Source of the DNA: Thermodesulfobacteriota bacterium | Lineage (GTDB): Bacteria; Desulfobacterota_D; UBA1144; Nemesobacterales; UBA2774 | DNA length: 64,000 nucleotides | Direction: 5' to 3' | Assembly: GCA_965223335.1 (NCBI GenBank) | Contig: OZ244991.1 | Location: 1,312,001 to 1,376,000, forward strand | Shown: positions 9,592 to 18,746 of the stretch, one piece after another | Position numbering within the stretch: position 1 is the first letter of the stretch | Layout of the letters: each line of letters begins with the position of its first letter | The notes under the pieces: generated by a model | Seen by the model: the letters and a program-made list of their open reading frames with translations, nothing else | Database searches by the model: none | Told to the model about the DNA's origin: nothing | Made by a program: the position numbers and the translations under genes

Positions 9592-10704
9592 TTATTTAGC
9601 TATGTAGCCCTCTACCATAAATTCTTCGCCAAATTTTCTTACTTGCATGTTCTCAAGTGCAATCGAGTTTTTGACGATGGTGATTCCCAGGTCTCCGATC
9701 ATCGGGAGGCCGCTGCCACCCATTAGCTTTGGAGAATAAAATAAAACGACTTTGTCTACTATCTTGGCATGGAGCGCCGACGCAGCTACTGTACTCCCGC
9801 CTTCTATCAACACGCTCATCTTGCCGAGCTCTCCCAGTTTGCTAAATAGCTTTTTCAGATCGACATCGTTGTTTTTGTTCTTGGCCACATCTATTATAGT
9901 GGCACCCGAGTTCTCGAGGGTTTTGCGCCTGTTCTTTGGAGCCGATCGAGTGGTCGCGATCATAACTGATTTATGTACCGAGAATATTTTTGATTTTGTC
10001 GGGGTTCTAAGCCTGCTGTCGACCACAATGGGTGTGGGGTCTTTTTTGTTTCCTCTGCCGTATCGGACGTTTAGACTCGGGTTGTCTATAAGAAGTGTCT
10101 CGATCCCAACCACTACGGCGTCGACTTGGCGTCTTAGCTCGTGGGCTTTTTTTCTCTGCGACTCGGACCCGATCCATTTTGAGTCACCAGTCTTAGTGGC
10201 GATCTTGCCGTCTAGTGTTGCCGCGAGTTTTAAAATAACAAAAGGGTTACGGGTAGTTACGTGTTTAAAGAACGCCTCGTTTAACAGCCGGCACTCCTCT
10301 TCCAACACACCTTCGACAACGTTAATACCGTATCGCTTTAGAGTTCTTATACCCTTGCCGCGGACCTTAGGGTTTTGATCCCTGCACCCTACTACGACGT
10401 TGTTGATACCTGCTTTTATTATTTCGTCCACGCACGGAGGGGTTCTTTTGCCGGTGTGGCAGCAGGGCTCTAGTGTGACGTATAGAGTAGCACCCTTTAG
10501 TTTGTGCCCGTTACTAACCGTGTTTTGGAATGCCTCAATTTCCCCGTGGGGTAAGCCGGCTTTTTTGTGGTAGCCCTTACCGATAATTTTGTTGCTTCTG
10601 ACTACTACAGCTCCTACAAGTGGGTTGGGGCTTGTCATGCCCAGTGCTTTTTTGGCGAGATTTATCGCCTTTTTCATGTAGAACTCGTGCGTAGTCTTGG
10701 GCAT
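9592..10704 (-). CDS. ribD: Bifunctional riboflavin deaminase/reductase RibD
   Basis: SPNPLVGAVV, HGE, TLEPCCH...PPC, TLDGKIA, SKWI, LIEGG. Confidence 0.96.
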   Translation of the reverse strand: MPKTTHEFYMKKAINLAKKALGMTSPNPLVGAVVVRSNKIIGKGYHKKAGLPHGEIEAFQNTVSNGHKLKGATLYVTLEPCCHTGKRTPPCVDEIIKAGINNVVVGCRDQNPKVRGKGIRTLKRYGINVVEGVLEEECRLLNEAFFKHVTTRNPFVILKLAATLDGKIATKTGDSKWIGSESQRKKAHELRRQVDAVVVGIETLLIDNPSLNVRYGRGNKKDPTPIVVDSRLRTPTKSKIFSVHKSVMIATTRSAPKNRRKTLENSGATIIDVAKNKNNDVDLKKLFSKLGELGKMSVLIEGGSTVAASALHAKIVDKVVLFYSPKLMGGSGLPMIGDLGITIVKNSIALENMQVRKFGEEFMVEGYIAK

Positions 10705-10727
10705 ATCATAAACCTTATATAACTCGG

Positions 10728-12140
10728 TCAGTGAATAGTCTCGTCGTCGCTCATGAAAAGTGCTTCGGTGAATTCCTCGGCGTCAAACTCGCGCAGGTCA
10801 CCGAGTGATTCCCCGATGCCTATATATTTGACAGGTATGTTGAGCTCGTCGGCAATAGCCACTATTACCCCGCCCTTTGCCGTGCCGTCCAGTTTTGTAA
10901 GCACTATGCCTGTAACGTCTATCGACTCGTTAAACATCTTGGCCTGCTGCACGGCATTTTGCCCTGTTGTGGCGTCGAGCACCAAAAGGATCTCGTGGGG
11001 TGCCCCCTCGTACTCGCGCCCTATGACCCTGCGCATTTTTTTGAGCTCGTCCATGAGGTTGCCTTTGGTATGGAGCCTCCCAGCTGTGTCGATTATGAGC
11101 ACATCGGTGCCGCGGGACTGAGAAGCCTTAATGGCATCAAACGCAACTGCCGAGGGATCGGCACCACTCTGCCCCTTGATAAAATCACTGCCCACGCGTT
11201 TGGACCACACCTCTAATTGTTCGAGGGCTGCAGCCCTGAAAGTGTCGCCGGCGGCTACCATTACACTGTGGTCATTTTTTCTGAACCTGTGAGCGAGCTT
11301 CCCTATTGTGGTGGTCTTACCGACGCCGTTCACCCCGGCTACCATGACCACAAAGGGCTTTTGGCTGGGCTCAATCGGTGAACCCTGGGCATTCTTTAGA
11401 ATGTTTAATATCTCTTGCTTTAGACTGTCTTTAATAGACCCGGGTTCTTTTAGGTTTTGTTTATCTAAGTTCTGCTCCACAGCATCCCTTAGTTTCATAG
11501 TTGTGCCCATCCCGAGGTCTGCTGTGATTAGTGCCTCCTCAAAGTCCTCCCAGAGCTCCTCGTTTATCTCACTGCGCATCATTATAGTGTTTAACTTGCC
11601 TATAAACCCGGTGTGGGTTTTGGAAAGCCCTGAACGTAGCCGCGCAAATAGTCCCTGCTTGGACTCGTCAATCTCTTTCTCGATCATGACAGGCTCTTGC
11701 GCCGGGGGCTCAACCATCACCTGTTCTGTGACTTCTGTGGATTCCGCAGCTATCTCTTCGGTTGCAGTCGGAGTACTAAACCCAGAGGAGAGCGGTTCTT
11801 CCACTGTGGTTTCCGGTTGTGTCGTCACCTCGGGTTCTGGTGCAGGGGTACTCTCGAGAGCTTCTGCTACAAGTTCGGCTTCAACCTCAGGTGTGGCAAT
11901 TTCCTCGCCAGTGGGCTCCGCTGCAGATACAAATGGGTCATCCAGGGGTTCTTCTATTTCTGGGGGTGGAGTAGGCTCTTTTTCAACTGTATCCTCGGGG
12001 ATTTGATCAGGGGCTTTCTGTTCGAATAGATAAGATATAATGAGCCCGATTACCGCAATTACGGCAAACAGCACCGTAACCGCTGCTAAATCGGAGTAGG
12101 GAGTGGGCAGTTGGTTGAATATTTCAAAAATAGCTTCCAT
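10728..12140 (-). CDS. ftsY: Signal recognition particle receptor FtsY
   Basis: GVNGVGKTTTIGK, DTFRAAA, DTAGR, TKLDGTAKGG; acidic A-domain; N-terminal hydrophobic helix. Confidence 0.97.
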   Translation of the reverse strand: MEAIFEIFNQLPTPYSDLAAVTVLFAVIAVIGLIISYLFEQKAPDQIPEDTVEKEPTPPPEIEEPLDDPFVSAAEPTGEEIATPEVEAELVAEALESTPAPEPEVTTQPETTVEEPLSSGFSTPTATEEIAAESTEVTEQVMVEPPAQEPVMIEKEIDESKQGLFARLRSGLSKTHTGFIGKLNTIMMRSEINEELWEDFEEALITADLGMGTTMKLRDAVEQNLDKQNLKEPGSIKDSLKQEILNILKNAQGSPIEPSQKPFVVMVAGVNGVGKTTTIGKLAHRFRKNDHSVMVAAGDTFRAAALEQLEVWSKRVGSDFIKGQSGADPSAVAFDAIKASQSRGTDVLIIDTAGRLHTKGNLMDELKKMRRVIGREYEGAPHEILLVLDATTGQNAVQQAKMFNESIDVTGIVLTKLDGTAKGGVIVAIADELNIPVKYIGIGESLGDLREFDAEEFTEALFMSDDETIH

Positions 12141-12370
12141 GCTCGACTGAGGCCTCCATCGAAGTGCGATGTTATAGGGAAGTTAATATACTTTTTAATC
12201 AGTTCTTTTCAACAAAGAGGCTTTATCGAAACACCTTTTAGAGCCCGGGACTTTTATTGCCAATTAATCTTACTCGGTATGATTGTGTTGAGTGTCAAGA
12301 TAAGATGGGGTGATTAAACACACTATTTAAACCTGTAACACACAGTGATTATACGACTTATTTCCGAGCC

Positions 12371-12400
12371 TTGCCTACGGAATTAATTCTTAGATATAAT
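12371..12400 (+). promoter_or_regulatory. Putative sigma70 promoter of dnaE
   Basis: TTGCCT-N18-TATAAT ending 9 nt before the dnaE ATG. Confidence 0.5.
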
Positions 12401-12409
12401 AGGTGAAAT

Positions 12410-15400
12410 ATGTCAGAAGTATTTACCCATCTCCACCTACATTCGCAGTACTCACTATTAGACGGTGCTATTAAATTCGAGGAGCTCTTCCCGAGGGCAA
12501 AAGAGTTTGGTATGGAGGCCGTAGCGCTTACCGATCACGGCAACCTGTTTGGGGCGTACGATTTTTACAAGAAAGCCAAAGCAGAGGGTATTAAACCCAT
12601 TATAGGCTGTGAGATGTATGTTACACCCGAGCTTAACCCCGAAAAGGTGTCTGAGGGCAGGACCTATCACCTAACAGTTTTATCAATGAATCAAGAGGGC
12701 TACAAGAACCTTTCCAGGCTTGTATCCATGGCGTATTTCGACGGGTTTTACAGGCGCCCCAGGGTTGACCACTCGATGCTAAACGACCATAGCAATGGGC
12801 TTATAGTGCTAAGCGGATGCCTAAACGGTGAGCTTTCGCAAGCCTTGCTAACCAAAGGGAAAAAAGACGCATTAAAAATAGCAGCTCAGTACCGTGAGAT
12901 ATTCAAAGACCGCTACTACCTTGAGGTCCAGGCCACAGGGCTTGCCGAGCAAAAGAGAGTGAACTCGATGGTGCGCGATGTGGGTAGCAAGCTCGGAATA
13001 CCGCTTGTAGCCACCAATGACTGCCACTTCTTAAAGATAGAGGACTCGAGGCCGCACGATGCGCTGCTCTGTATTCAGACCGGCTCGAGTCTAAAAGAGC
13101 AAAACCGCTTTAAGTTCCAGGGTGACCAGTATTACCTTAAATCAGAAGAAGAGATGTTATCTGATCTCGAGGGTTTTGAAGACGCCATAAACGAGACTAA
13201 AGAGGTCGCAAAGCGATGTGATTTTGAGTTTGAGAGTGACGGATACAAGTTCCCGGTTTTCGAGGTAGATGACGATAAGAGCCTAGACGACTGCATCTTG
13301 GAGATGGCCCAGCAAAAACTAAACGAGTTGTTTGAAGAAGGGGCCATACCCGAAGATCAACACGATATATATATAGATAGACTTAACACCGAGCTCGGCA
13401 TTATTCAAAAGATGGGCTATTCGGCTTATTTCCTGGTAGTGGCCGATTTTATTAGTTTTGCCAAATCCAGAGGCATCCCGGTGGGCCCGGGTAGGGGCAG
13501 TGCCGCGGGCAGTTTGGTAGCCTATGTGCTGGGTATTACAGCGGTGGACCCCATTCCCTATGACCTGATATTCGAGAGGTTTCTAAACCCCGAGCGTGTG
13601 AGCATGCCCGATATAGACATTGATTTCTGTGCCGAGGGACGTGACGAGGTCATACGCTATGTGACGGAGAAATACGGTGAGGATAAAGTAGCACAGATCG
13701 GCACGTTCGGGACCATGTCGGCAAAGGCCGTGGTCAAGGACGTGGGCCGAGTGATGGGTATACCATACGCAGAAGTAGACAGGGTCTCTAAACTCATACC
13801 CTCGTTTAGGGGCAAGGTGTTTAGTATTGAGAAGGCGATCTCAAGCGTGCCCCAACTGAGGGAGCTAATTGAGAACTCTGAAGAGCTGAGCGATATGATA
13901 GAGCTCGCGCGTCCGCTTGAGAACATGGTGCGGCACTCCTCTACACATGCAGCCGGGATAGTCATATCAAACGAACCGCTTCGTGACCACATCCCTCTAT
14001 ATAAAGGTGCTAACGACGAGATTGTTACACAGTACGATATGAACTCTATCGAGGAACTGGGGTTTGTTAAGTTTGATTTTCTCGGGCTGCGCACACTGAC
14101 GGTCATTGATAAGGCCATGAAACTCATAGCCGAGAGGCCCGAGTTTAGGGATGGCGAGTTATTCGATATAACCAAGATTCCTCTTGACGATACTAAGGTG
14201 TATGAACTTTTATCGAGCGGGCTTACAAGGGGGATTTTCCAGATCGAGTCGTCGGGGATGAAGGAGCTTTTGCGGGGGCTCGGGGCCACAACGTTTGAAG
14301 AAATAATCGCTGTGTTGGCACTCTACAGGCCGGGCCCTCTGGACAGTGGCATGGTCGAGGAGTTTGTAGAGCGTAAACACGGTAGGAGAAAGATTAGCTT
14401 TCCCGTGGATGAGCTAGCAGAGATACTCCACGATACTTACGGACTCTTTGTTTATCAGGAGCAGATAATGAGCACGGCAAGCGTGATTGCCGACTACACA
14501 CTGGGCGAGGCCGATCTGCTTAGAAGGGCTATGGGCAAAAAGAAGCCTCAGGAGATGAAGGCCCAAAGAAAGAGGTTTCTCGAGGGGGCGAAGGAAAAGG
14601 GGATTAAGGATAGGAAGGCAAAAGAGATCTTCGATGCTATGGAGAAGTTTGCCGAGTACTCGTTTAACAAGAGCCATAGCACCGGTTACGCACTCATTAC
14701 CTATCAAACCGCTTATTTGAAAGCGCACTACCCGGCCGAGTTTATGGCGGCGCTAATGACTGTGGAATCCAACAATACCGACAAAGTCATTGCAAGCATC
14801 ACCGAGTGCAAGCAGATGGGCATAGAGGTGCTACCGCCCGATGTGAATGACAGCGCTAAAGGGTTTAGGGCCGTGGGGGGCAAAATCCGTTTCGGGCTCT
14901 CTGCCATCAAGAACGTAGGCGAGAGCACGGTACAGGCCATAATAGCTGCTAGGGACGAGGGGGATGATTTCGAGTCGATATTTGATTTCTGTGAGCGGGT
15001 AGAGGCCAGGAAGCTAAACAGAAGGACTCTAGAGAGCTTAATAAAGAGCGGTGCGTTTGATTCGCTCGGTAGTCATAGGGCTATGCTTTACGACTCACTA
15101 GACATGCTGCTCAGTTACACCTCTTTACGACAAAAGAGCTCGCAGAACGGGCAAGAGTCCTTATTTGCACTAAACGATTCGATTACGCTGCCCGAGCTCT
15201 CGGATGTAGATGTGTGGAGCGAGAGAGTGGTTCTTCAAAACGAGATGGATGTCCTTGGGTTTTTTGTTACCACTCACCCCATGGCAAAATACGAGGCTGA
15301 GCTAAGCAACCATCCCACGAATATGGATACCGAAGCACTATTGGAGATTAAGGAAAGGCGTGACGTCAAGGTGGCGGGCGTGGTACGTCAGATGCAGGTC

Positions 15401-15850
15401 AAGCACACCAAGAGCGGTAAGGGGATTTTTGCCAATCTCACACTTGAGGACCTAAAGGGATCGGTCGAGGTCATTGTGTTCAATGACCTGCTGCGGCCGA
15501 ATCTAAGCGTGCTCGAAGACAAGGTAGAGCCCGTTGTGATCGGGGGCGTGGTGGAGCCGTCCGACGACCGCATTATGATCCGTGCTACTCAGATCGAGTC
15601 TATACGTGAGCTTCGCAACGGCAATACGATCAGTATACAGGTGCCGGGCGAGGTGGGTACAAAGGCTAAACTCAAACGTCTCAAATCCATAATGGAATCC
15701 TATCCAGGTGACAACAAGGTCCATCTGATCATTCATACTGATCGGGTGCAGGCTACGATAGAGGTCGGGGATTATCACGTAAACGTGGTAGATGAGTTCA
15801 TAGCCGATGTAGAGGGGCTCTTGGGCAGCGGGGTGTTGAGTTTTTCCTAG
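12410..15850 (+). CDS. dnaE: DNA polymerase III alpha subunit
   Basis: PHP motifs HLHLHSQYSLLDG, TDHG, TNDCH; GPGRGSAAGS; MPDIDIDF; FNKSHS; 1146 aa, no intein-sized insertion. Confidence 0.98.
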   Translation: MSEVFTHLHLHSQYSLLDGAIKFEELFPRAKEFGMEAVALTDHGNLFGAYDFYKKAKAEGIKPIIGCEMYVTPELNPEKVSEGRTYHLTVLSMNQEGYKNLSRLVSMAYFDGFYRRPRVDHSMLNDHSNGLIVLSGCLNGELSQALLTKGKKDALKIAAQYREIFKDRYYLEVQATGLAEQKRVNSMVRDVGSKLGIPLVATNDCHFLKIEDSRPHDALLCIQTGSSLKEQNRFKFQGDQYYLKSEEEMLSDLEGFEDAINETKEVAKRCDFEFESDGYKFPVFEVDDDKSLDDCILEMAQQKLNELFEEGAIPEDQHDIYIDRLNTELGIIQKMGYSAYFLVVADFISFAKSRGIPVGPGRGSAAGSLVAYVLGITAVDPIPYDLIFERFLNPERVSMPDIDIDFCAEGRDEVIRYVTEKYGEDKVAQIGTFGTMSAKAVVKDVGRVMGIPYAEVDRVSKLIPSFRGKVFSIEKAISSVPQLRELIENSEELSDMIELARPLENMVRHSSTHAAGIVISNEPLRDHIPLYKGANDEIVTQYDMNSIEELGFVKFDFLGLRTLTVIDKAMKLIAERPEFRDGELFDITKIPLDDTKVYELLSSGLTRGIFQIESSGMKELLRGLGATTFEEIIAVLALYRPGPLDSGMVEEFVERKHGRRKISFPVDELAEILHDTYGLFVYQEQIMSTASVIADYTLGEADLLRRAMGKKKPQEMKAQRKRFLEGAKEKGIKDRKAKEIFDAMEKFAEYSFNKSHSTGYALITYQTAYLKAHYPAEFMAALMTVESNNTDKVIASITECKQMGIEVLPPDVNDSAKGFRAVGGKIRFGLSAIKNVGESTVQAIIAARDEGDDFESIFDFCERVEARKLNRRTLESLIKSGAFDSLGSHRAMLYDSLDMLLSYTSLRQKSSQNGQESLFALNDSITLPELSDVDVWSERVVLQNEMDVLGFFVTTHPMAKYEAELSNHPTNMDTEALLEIKERRDVKVAGVVRQMQVKHTKSGKGIFANLTLEDLKGSVEVIVFNDLLRPNLSVLEDKVEPVVIGGVVEPSDDRIMIRATQIESIRELRNGNTISIQVPGEVGTKAKLKRLKSIMESYPGDNKVHLIIHTDRVQATIEVGDYHVNVVDEFIADVEGLLGSGVLSFS

Positions 15851-16134
15851 TTCTCGTAATGCGACTCTATTAATGCCTGCAACTTATCGGGATCGCTCGT
15901 GATAACGAATACCTCTTGTACCGAAGTGCCGCTCCGTGCAATCAGTTTAGCCCCGCTTACAGTGCTGTACTTATATCTTACTGAGAGTGTTTCGCCCGGG
16001 GACTTTGCGACCTTGATCTCTCCGGGGATTACCCCCTCTACATAATCTAGCGGTGCAATATGATCATCGAGATATCGGTGCAGACCCTTTATCATCCCGT
16101 GCTGACGTTTAATTTTGTTCTTTCTATGTTTCAT
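15847..16134 (-). CDS. Small conserved protein, DUF2103-like
   Basis: H..IKGL, VIPGEI, GAKLIARSGTSVQEVFVIT pattern recalled from the DUF2103 family. Confidence 0.6.
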   Translation of the reverse strand: MKHRKNKIKRQHGMIKGLHRYLDDHIAPLDYVEGVIPGEIKVAKSPGETLSVRYKYSTVSGAKLIARSGTSVQEVFVITSDPDKLQALIESHYEN

Positions 16135-16242
16135 CAGTAATCCTGAGTTAAGAGCGTGGGGTTAAGCCCGGGGGCTTTAACCTCGTCATAAATATAATAC
16201 AACATTATATTATTTCTAACCCCTCATAAATGCTGAGCGGGT

Positions 16243-18396
16243 TTATCGGGGAGATATATATGCGGCCATAATTTTTTTGACCCCATACTCAGCAAACGAT
16301 ACGGTGACTTTTGCTTTGTCCCCGCTGCCGTCGATTTTGCGCACTACGCCCGGGCCGAATTTGGAATGTGTGATGTGTTGGCCCACACTAAAAGGCCCCG
16401 AGTCGGAGTTTAGTGCAGTGTGTGCGGTATAGGATTGCTTTTTGGGACTGCGGGTCGGTTTCTGTTTGTAGGACGTCCTGATACCCATGCCTTCGGGTTG
16501 TATTAGCTCAGGGGGTAGCTCTCTTAGAAACCTGGAAGGCAATGAGATCTGTTCACTGCCGAAAATCTTTCTTTTTGCGGCAAGGGTTAAGAATAGGCGC
16601 TTTTTAGCCCTGGTGATGGCTACGTAACAGAGCCTCCTCTCTTCTTCTATCTCTTTGTCGTCATTCTTAGACAGAGCGTGTGGGAAGAGATTTTCTTCAA
16701 GTCCCGTTATAAACACCACGGGGAACTCAAGCCCTTTTGCCGTGTGTATTGTCATAAGCGATACATTGCCCATTTCATCATCAGTTGGGGTTTCAATGCC
16801 GAGAGAGGTCCATCCGAGGAACTCGTCTAGGCCCGTAATACCCTCTTCTTTCTCAAACTCGACGGCTAGGTTAAGCAGCTCACCTATGTTATCGACTCTG
16901 TTCTCATCGTTTGCAATATAGTCCATGTAACCGGTCTTCTCGAGTATGAGGTTTAAGAGATCGTCTATGGTAGATGAGGGGACAGCTTGCTGAAGCTCGT
17001 TTATAAGCTTATGAAAACTCTCTAGTTTCTTTAGTGCACGTGTGGATAAAAGCCCCTGCTCTATTGAGTGTGATATCGAGCTAAACAACGAGATATCGTG
17101 CGCAGAAGCGAGGGTCTCTAACTTATTAATCGTAGTAGTGCCGATGCCCCTTCTGGGTGTGTTGATCACTCGTCTTAGGCTTATTTCATCGTCGGGGTTG
17201 GCTGCTAATTTTAGGTAGGACAAAACGTCTTTAATCTCAGCCCTTTGATAGAAACTGAGCCCTCCCACTATCTGGTATGGTATGCCGGTATTTAAAAACC
17301 GGTCCTCCAATGCGCGTGACTGGTTGTTGGTTCTGTAAAATACAGCGATATCCGAGTGGTCGTAGCCCTGGGTTTCAGTGAGCTCGGCTATTTTATCCCC
17401 TATGTATCGGGCCTCGTCGATCTCGTTGTGGGCGCTATATAGTGTAATAAGCTCGCCGGTTTCGTTCTCGGTCCAAAGGTTCTTTGGGTGTTTTGATTTA
17501 TTCCTTTCAATTAAGATATTGGCTGCGTTAAGGATGTTTTTAGTCGAGCGGTAGTTTTTTTCGAGTTTAATTATCCTTGAGTCGGGGAAGTCTTTGTTAA
17601 ACTCTAGAATATTGCCTATATCGGCGCCGCGCCACCCGTATATTGACTGGTTGTCGTCCCCTACGGCAAACACATTCCTATGTTCACGAGAGAGAAGGCT
17701 TACAATCCTGTACTGTATATGGTTTGTGTCTTGGTACTCGTCTACCAATATATGTCGGAACTCGTTTTGGTATTTGTTCAGTACCGCGGGTTTGGATTCG
17801 AATAGCGCTACGGTGAAGCTTAGCAGGTCGCTAAAATCGAATGAGTTGGAATTGCGAAGCTCTTGTTGGTAGCTCTCATAGATATTTTGTAGTCTCGTGT
17901 AATAAAAATCGGTGCCTAAATCTTGGGGGCCTCCACCTTTGTTCTTGATGCTGTTTATCTGAGCGACTACTGTTCTTGGTTCAAATATCTGATCACTGTA
18001 ATCTAATTCGGTAATGCACGATCGGATGATTTTTATCTGGTCTGACTCGTCAACGATAGCAAAGCCCTGTTTATAGCCATCGATCTCTTCTATCTCGTTT
18101 TTTAATATGCGAAGGCAGTTTGAATGAAAGGTCCCGATCCACACTTCCCAGGGCTTTATGTGCATCAGTTCCGAGAGCCTGTTTCTCATCTCGCGGGCCG
18201 CTTTATTGGTAAATGTGACCGCAAGAATGTTATTTATCGAATAGCCTTTTTCTTTGCACAGGTAGTGAATCCTCTCGGTGATTATCTTGGTTTTGCCCGA
18301 TCCCGCACCGGCAAGTACTAGGAGAGGTCCTCCATCATGACTAACGGCCTCTAACTGCTCTTTGTTTAATTCGCTTTTTGTCATGGGTTGTTTCAT
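16243..18396 (-). CDS. pcrA: ATP-dependent DNA helicase PcrA/UvrD
   Basis: AGAGSGKT, TFTNKAA, VDEYQDTN, GDDNQSIYGWRGA, NYRST, KGLEF, EEERRLCYVAITRA, C-terminal Tudor-like HSKFGPG. Confidence 0.95.
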   Translation of the reverse strand: MKQPMTKSELNKEQLEAVSHDGGPLLVLAGAGSGKTKIITERIHYLCKEKGYSINNILAVTFTNKAAREMRNRLSELMHIKPWEVWIGTFHSNCLRILKNEIEEIDGYKQGFAIVDESDQIKIIRSCITELDYSDQIFEPRTVVAQINSIKNKGGGPQDLGTDFYYTRLQNIYESYQQELRNSNSFDFSDLLSFTVALFESKPAVLNKYQNEFRHILVDEYQDTNHIQYRIVSLLSREHRNVFAVGDDNQSIYGWRGADIGNILEFNKDFPDSRIIKLEKNYRSTKNILNAANILIERNKSKHPKNLWTENETGELITLYSAHNEIDEARYIGDKIAELTETQGYDHSDIAVFYRTNNQSRALEDRFLNTGIPYQIVGGLSFYQRAEIKDVLSYLKLAANPDDEISLRRVINTPRRGIGTTTINKLETLASAHDISLFSSISHSIEQGLLSTRALKKLESFHKLINELQQAVPSSTIDDLLNLILEKTGYMDYIANDENRVDNIGELLNLAVEFEKEEGITGLDEFLGWTSLGIETPTDDEMGNVSLMTIHTAKGLEFPVVFITGLEENLFPHALSKNDDKEIEEERRLCYVAITRAKKRLFLTLAAKRKIFGSEQISLPSRFLRELPPELIQPEGMGIRTSYKQKPTRSPKKQSYTAHTALNSDSGPFSVGQHITHSKFGPGVVRKIDGSGDKAKVTVSFAEYGVKKIMAAYISPR

Positions 18397-18416
18397 GCCT
18401 CGTTCCCATTTTGTTC

Positions 18417-18540
18417 CTACCTCCAGTCGTCACACTACGACTCCTTATCGGCCCCCATGCTTCAATTTTATACCCTGTCGGTCGCGATAAAACTGCTCCC
18501 TTGCGGTCCCCATGGGCGCTTACGTCCCTGTATACGGTAG
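18417..18540 (-). ncRNA. Candidate structured RNA / cis-regulatory leader upstream of pcrA (family not recognised)
   Basis: Nested stems CUACC/GGUAG, GCGCCCAUG/CAUGGGGGC, CAGUUUUAU/AUAAAAUUG, CC-GCAA-GG, AGUCGU/ACGACU; begins just downstream of TATAAT at 18558-18553. Confidence 0.55.
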
Positions 18541-18621
18541 TATTAAGTACAGATTATATGTTACGTGACACGGGGCTTAATACAAAGACAGGACAGTCAA
18601 CTCTAACCTGATTTTGGTGTG

Positions 18622-18693
18622 CTGGGGCGGGAGGACTCGAACCTCCACAGCAGGCTCCAAAGGCCTGAGTCCTGCCAATTAGACGACGCCCCA
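18622..18693 (-). tRNA. tRNA-Gln (anticodon TTG), CCA not encoded
   Basis: Acceptor stem TGGGGCG/CGCCCCA, anticodon arm CAGGC-CTTTGGA-GCCTG, T-arm GGAGG-TTCGAGT-CCTCC; usual position downstream of ispE. Confidence 0.96.
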
Positions 18694-18746
18694 GTAGATG
18701 TGTCTAGGATGCAAAACATGTTACCAAGAATATAGTCCTATGGCAA

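Noticed and set aside
18490..18512. SRP RNA-like motif GGGGACC-GCAA-GGGAGCAG on the minus strand
   Set aside because: Lacks the CAGG symmetric-loop strand and the continuous flanking helix of 4.5S RNA; kept only as part of the unknown structured RNA.
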